Below, one piece after another: positions 28,602-32,000 of a stretch of DNA of 32,000 bases. Source of the stretch: Formosa sp. Hel1_33_131. GTDB taxonomy: Bacteria > Bacteroidota > Bacteroidia > Flavobacteriales > Flavobacteriaceae. The translations under genes and the position numbers were made by a program. The notes under the pieces were generated by a model. That model made no database searches and had not been told where the DNA came from. It saw only the letters and a program-made list of their open reading frames with translations. Positions within the stretch are counted from its first letter, which is position 1; each line of letters opens with the position of its first letter. The stretch is taken from assembly GCF_001735745.1 (NCBI RefSeq), contig NZ_CP017260.1, positions 1,830,001 through 1,862,000 of the forward strand, in the 5' to 3' direction.

Positions 28602-29126
28602 TTAAGTAGTTTTAAGTTTAATTAACTCTAATGTCTCGTATTCAAGAGCTCTTTTACCTGAGCTTGTAATCAACTCAAGTTTTCTTCTTTTTATATAAAT
28701 TTTGTTTTTTCCTTTCCCAATCGAATAGTTTATTTCCCCTAAATCATTAAAATCAAGGATTTGAGGTCTTGAACCAAAAGGAATCTCTTTAATTGTATAA
28801 TTCAAACAGTACATATAGTTTTTTCATTAGTTGGAAAGCTTTACTGTAGATGGCAGTTTTGTTTTTTTGTCCGTCAATAATACAGGCCGTCGGAACATTG
28901 TCTGGTATTCCATCGTAAATATTTCTGCAATAAGTGGTTACAAATTTATCTATATATAATTTGTTTCGCCGCATCCAGCCCCACTTGCATGCCGGGAAAC
29001 GGTGCCGACTCATCACTACTCAAATTAATTCTCCTATCATCCATTATAAAAAAGGGGGTTGAAAGTTTCGTTTTTTTTAATTCACTAATTAATTTTCGAG
29101 CTTTATTTTCAACTACTTTCCAATCA
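28602..29126 (-). pseudogene. Possible frame-disrupted gene (three consecutive minus-strand ORF fragments in different frames)
   Basis: Three fragments follow one another. Fragment 1 is about 29126-28951 (...FDWKVVENKARKLISELKKTKLSTPFFIMDDRRINLSSDESAPFPGMQVGLDAAKQIIYR*). Fragment 2 is ORF 28789..29016 and fragment 3 is ORF 28602..28814. The frame changes coincide with a (TA)4 run near 28951-28960 and an A6 run near 28818-28825. Fragment 1 has no upstream ATG. Confidence 0.3.
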
Positions 29127-29136
29127 AATAAAAGTA

Positions 29137-30225
29137 TTAATAGCTAAATGTTTCAGTAATTTTACTACTGATAAAATTGTTTTCATTGCGTTGGTCAAAA
29201 ACCTTCGCTATGGTCAATGTATAATCTTTAAAATAATGTTTGAGTTCAGCAACTTTATACATATTTGAAGCTTTATATAACACAAAATCTCGATGAAAAC
29301 GAATTTTAATCTGCCCTTTATTTTCCTTCTGTAAACAATCACATAAATACCAATAAGTTAGGGCAAAGTAAAAATCACTACTTAGTTCTAGAGGGCTATA
29401 GTCTTCTGAACTCGGTTTGAGAAATCTATCGGTATCTTCTTCCAATAAAGCCAAAGCTTTTGTAAACTGTCTTGCTTTAATACAATACAGAATCGGTTCA
29501 TGATAAGAATCTGAATCTTTTTCCTTTTCTTTAATATATTTTTCAAACATTTTTTTTGCTAATTTGATGTTATCTGATTTCATCAAAAAAGGGAGCACGT
29601 AAGCGTAAGCTCCTATAGGTACAGAGCTACAGGTGTGTTTTTTAGTGAATAGGGGTTCACCAACTTTTAATGCTGTTTCTAAAAGTTCGGTATGACAATA
29701 AAGCTTGAACTTAGCATATATCCTACAAGCTTTACAATCAGACATATTGTTTGTGGTTTGAATCTTAGTGGCACGTTTGTAAAACCCTTTGGCTTCTTCA
29801 AGCATTCCTAACTCCAAATAGACTCTAGACTTGTATTCATAAATTACTTTTTTTGAATGGCCTTCTTTTAAATATCGCTTTTCCATGTCTTTAACTGCAT
29901 CGAAAATTTGTGTTTTAGTAATGTTTGGAAAATCTGGTAAATCCATGATAACCCATTTGTATTTCCACAATAAAGAATGGTCATCTGAATATTCTGGATG
30001 TTTGTCTAATAAAGATAATAGTTGTGGAAAGATTGAAATAGAAATCAATGTATTTCCTGACCATTGAGCTGCTTTAATTAAATCGGAACCTACTTCTAAT
30101 TGCAGTTCTAAATCTTTCATAGATTGTGTTAATGCATAGGCTTTCTGTAAAAGTTCCGTTCTACGAGTCGACTCATCTTTGTAATGAGAAGCTTCACCCA
30201 AAAGTTTATTTAAATCTGTTTTCAT
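29137..30225 (-). CDS. All-alpha, TPR-like repeat protein (partner of the Hsp90 paralog)
   Basis: 362-aa ORF with an ATG start 6 nt after the Hsp90-paralog stop (TAA-ACACCA-ATG). It has no signal peptide and is helical and repeat-like. Segments such as SRVYLELGMLEEAKGFYKRA and LAKKMFEKYI resemble TPR motifs. The fold call is tentative. Confidence 0.5.
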   Translation of the reverse strand: MKTDLNKLLGEASHYKDESTRRTELLQKAYALTQSMKDLELQLEVGSDLIKAAQWSGNTLISISIFPQLLSLLDKHPEYSDDHSLLWKYKWVIMDLPDFPNITKTQIFDAVKDMEKRYLKEGHSKKVIYEYKSRVYLELGMLEEAKGFYKRATKIQTTNNMSDCKACRIYAKFKLYCHTELLETALKVGEPLFTKKHTCSSVPIGAYAYVLPFLMKSDNIKLAKKMFEKYIKEKEKDSDSYHEPILYCIKARQFTKALALLEEDTDRFLKPSSEDYSPLELSSDFYFALTYWYLCDCLQKENKGQIKIRFHRDFVLYKASNMYKVAELKHYFKDYTLTIAKVFDQRNENNFISSKITETFSY

Positions 30226-30231
30226 TGGTGT

Positions 30232-31992
30232 TTATGATTTAAGGTCAATTAAACGAACCATACTTTCTCCAATAATGTTTAATTCTTTTTTTGTAATAGG
30301 ATGATGTCCCATCATTAGTGATTGAACATAAAGGATCTTGATAAATGTTTTTGTCAATTCAGCTTTCTTCTGGCGTGTTAATTTTTGGACCAATGAATTG
30401 TTATAATTTAACACCAATTGTGCTATTGCAACAGGTTCTATTTCTTTGCTCAAATTATCCATAATATTTTTCCACGGCGTATCTTCTTCGGTTTCCTGCA
30501 TATCTCTTAGTATTTTCATTTGGTCATTAATATGAAACAAACACGGAATATCATCGGGAGCAAATTTTTTCAATTGAAAAGTACAATTATAGGGCAGTAA
30601 GGTCTCATTGCCCAAATCGACAAAATCGAAGAATTCATTTCGTTCCTCAAGACTTAATTCTTCAAAAATTTGAATCATATCATTGGCACTTACGGAACGT
30701 ACAGGCCATTCTGGGAAACAGACACTTGCTTTTTCTAACAGTTCAATACAATAGGCATAACCGGCATTGATTAGATGTTTGTTTTGAGCAATTGCAATAG
30801 GAATGAGCTGCCTGAATTCATCAACGTTGTCAACAAAATCTATATATTTTTGTGATTCAAAAAATGTAGGAAGCGTTATGTATCCCAATGTGCTAGGAAA
30901 CTCTATAAAATTAATCATCAATCGGAAAAAATCTTCATTTTCAATGGCGAGCATCTTAATGGGATTGTGATGAATACTGATGAGTTTATTGAGTTTTTCG
31001 GGACTGTGTTTTGAAAGTTCTTTCAAATAACTTTTGAGTTGCTCTCCAAAATATTCTTTTGTTTGCATTAAGTTATCATCCTCATAAAACGATTCGCGAG
31101 AGGCTGTGGGTTTTAGAGTGTTTGTATTGATGATGCAATAGGCAAATACCGCCCAGTCAGGTAGTATGCTGGCTCCACTTTCGACTACCAACATATTTTT
31201 TAAATAAATGAGGTGGTTTTTTTTTGAGGATATCCCTGTTGAATAGGGTAAGATATAAGCAACCCCTGCGTTGCTATTATCAGGGTTATAAAGTGGCACG
31301 GCATCAAAAAAATCGATCTCAAAATGCTTAGCCCCCAATTCTAGTAATTTTTCTTTGGGGGTATTATTCGCAAAAGGATTGATCTCGGCATTTATTTTAT
31401 TAGATTTAGTCCCAACACTAAGCGTAGTTGGGAGGAATTGTCCGTAGTGGCGAACAATTTCTGTTAATGAATCTATTTCAAAAAAGGACGAAGGCTCTTT
31501 CGCTTTCAAATATACTTTTGTTCCTGTTTTTATCTTTTGCTTTATTTTTTTAAGGGTGTAAGTGCCATCATTTTTTCCGTGCCACTCTAATGCGTCTCCT
31601 CCTTTTGCGGATTGTGTGATTAGAACAATTTCATCAGTTACCATAAAGCAAGAGAGAATCCCGATGCCAAATTGCCCGATATAATCATTACGTTCAAAAT
31701 CAATTTTTTTTTGATTTCGTTTTAATGAAGACCCTATTTTTGCCAAGAATTGATGGATTTCATCTTCGGTAAGTCCCTGACCATTATCTTCTATACAAAT
31801 TTGAGGATGTTGATCGTCTTCAAAAATCTCAAAATGTATATGCCCTTGAATGTTTTCAGAGTTTTTACGCATCTGAATGGCATCTACTCCGTTTTGAATT
31901 AATTCTCGGATAAACACCTTTTCTTCACTATACAAATGATTGCCAAGGATGTCAATCATTCCTCCTAAATCTACTTGAAATGTATGTTTCAT
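30232..31992 (-). CDS. Divergent Hsp90/HtpG-family GHKL ATPase paralog
   Basis: 586-aa ORF with an ATG start. Bergerat-fold motifs are present: N box FIRELIQNGVDA, G1 box IEDNGQGLT and G2 box IGQFGIGILSCFMV. The middle-domain motif LKPTASRESF resembles HtpG LPLNVSREIL. It is collinear with HtpG but shorter and much more divergent than a housekeeping htpG. Confidence 0.75.
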   Translation of the reverse strand: MKHTFQVDLGGMIDILGNHLYSEEKVFIRELIQNGVDAIQMRKNSENIQGHIHFEIFEDDQHPQICIEDNGQGLTEDEIHQFLAKIGSSLKRNQKKIDFERNDYIGQFGIGILSCFMVTDEIVLITQSAKGGDALEWHGKNDGTYTLKKIKQKIKTGTKVYLKAKEPSSFFEIDSLTEIVRHYGQFLPTTLSVGTKSNKINAEINPFANNTPKEKLLELGAKHFEIDFFDAVPLYNPDNSNAGVAYILPYSTGISSKKNHLIYLKNMLVVESGASILPDWAVFAYCIINTNTLKPTASRESFYEDDNLMQTKEYFGEQLKSYLKELSKHSPEKLNKLISIHHNPIKMLAIENEDFFRLMINFIEFPSTLGYITLPTFFESQKYIDFVDNVDEFRQLIPIAIAQNKHLINAGYAYCIELLEKASVCFPEWPVRSVSANDMIQIFEELSLEERNEFFDFVDLGNETLLPYNCTFQLKKFAPDDIPCLFHINDQMKILRDMQETEEDTPWKNIMDNLSKEIEPVAIAQLVLNYNNSLVQKLTRQKKAELTKTFIKILYVQSLMMGHHPITKKELNIIGESMVRLIDLKS

Positions 31993-32000
31993 ATTAACTT

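Overview
Chromosomal segment from an AT-rich Bacteroidota genome, probably Flavobacteriaceae-like, judging by the 16S/23S sequence and the TAnnTTTG-type -7 promoter boxes. Positions 1-12 kb hold housekeeping genes: a truncated Crp/Fnr regulator, a polytopic membrane protein, a secreted HExxH metalloprotease, lysS, a 52-aa Pmp3/YqaE proteolipid missing from the ORF track, lipB, a 774-aa lipoprotein-like protein, rnhB and a putative porin. Positions 12.0-17.7 kb hold a complete rRNA operon (16S, tRNA-Ile GAU, tRNA-Ala UGC, 23S, 5S) with two tandem promoters and a strong terminator. All ORF-track entries inside the operon are spurious. The right half mixes core-like genes (a long Cys/Met-type PLP enzyme, an S41 peptidase with a helical partner, two PAP2 phosphatases) with three accessory islets that look more AT-rich by eye. 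(a) 17.8-19.6 kb: small minus-strand genes (DUF2750-like, membrane protein, RDD) bracketed by 143-nt structured inverted-repeat elements whose layout resembles integron attC sites or MITEs. (b) 21.95-23.08 kb: a single ParB/Srx-like gene flanked by 47-nt direct repeats that duplicate the last codons of the upstream gene. (c) 28.1-32.0 kb: a divergent Hsp90 (HtpG) paralog tightly coupled to a TPR-like protein, followed by a run of frame-broken small ORFs. No CRISPR array, transposase or integrase is visible. Several N-termini in the ORF track start at TTG and were trimmed to the first ATG. All family calls come from motif recognition by eye, and no database search was run.
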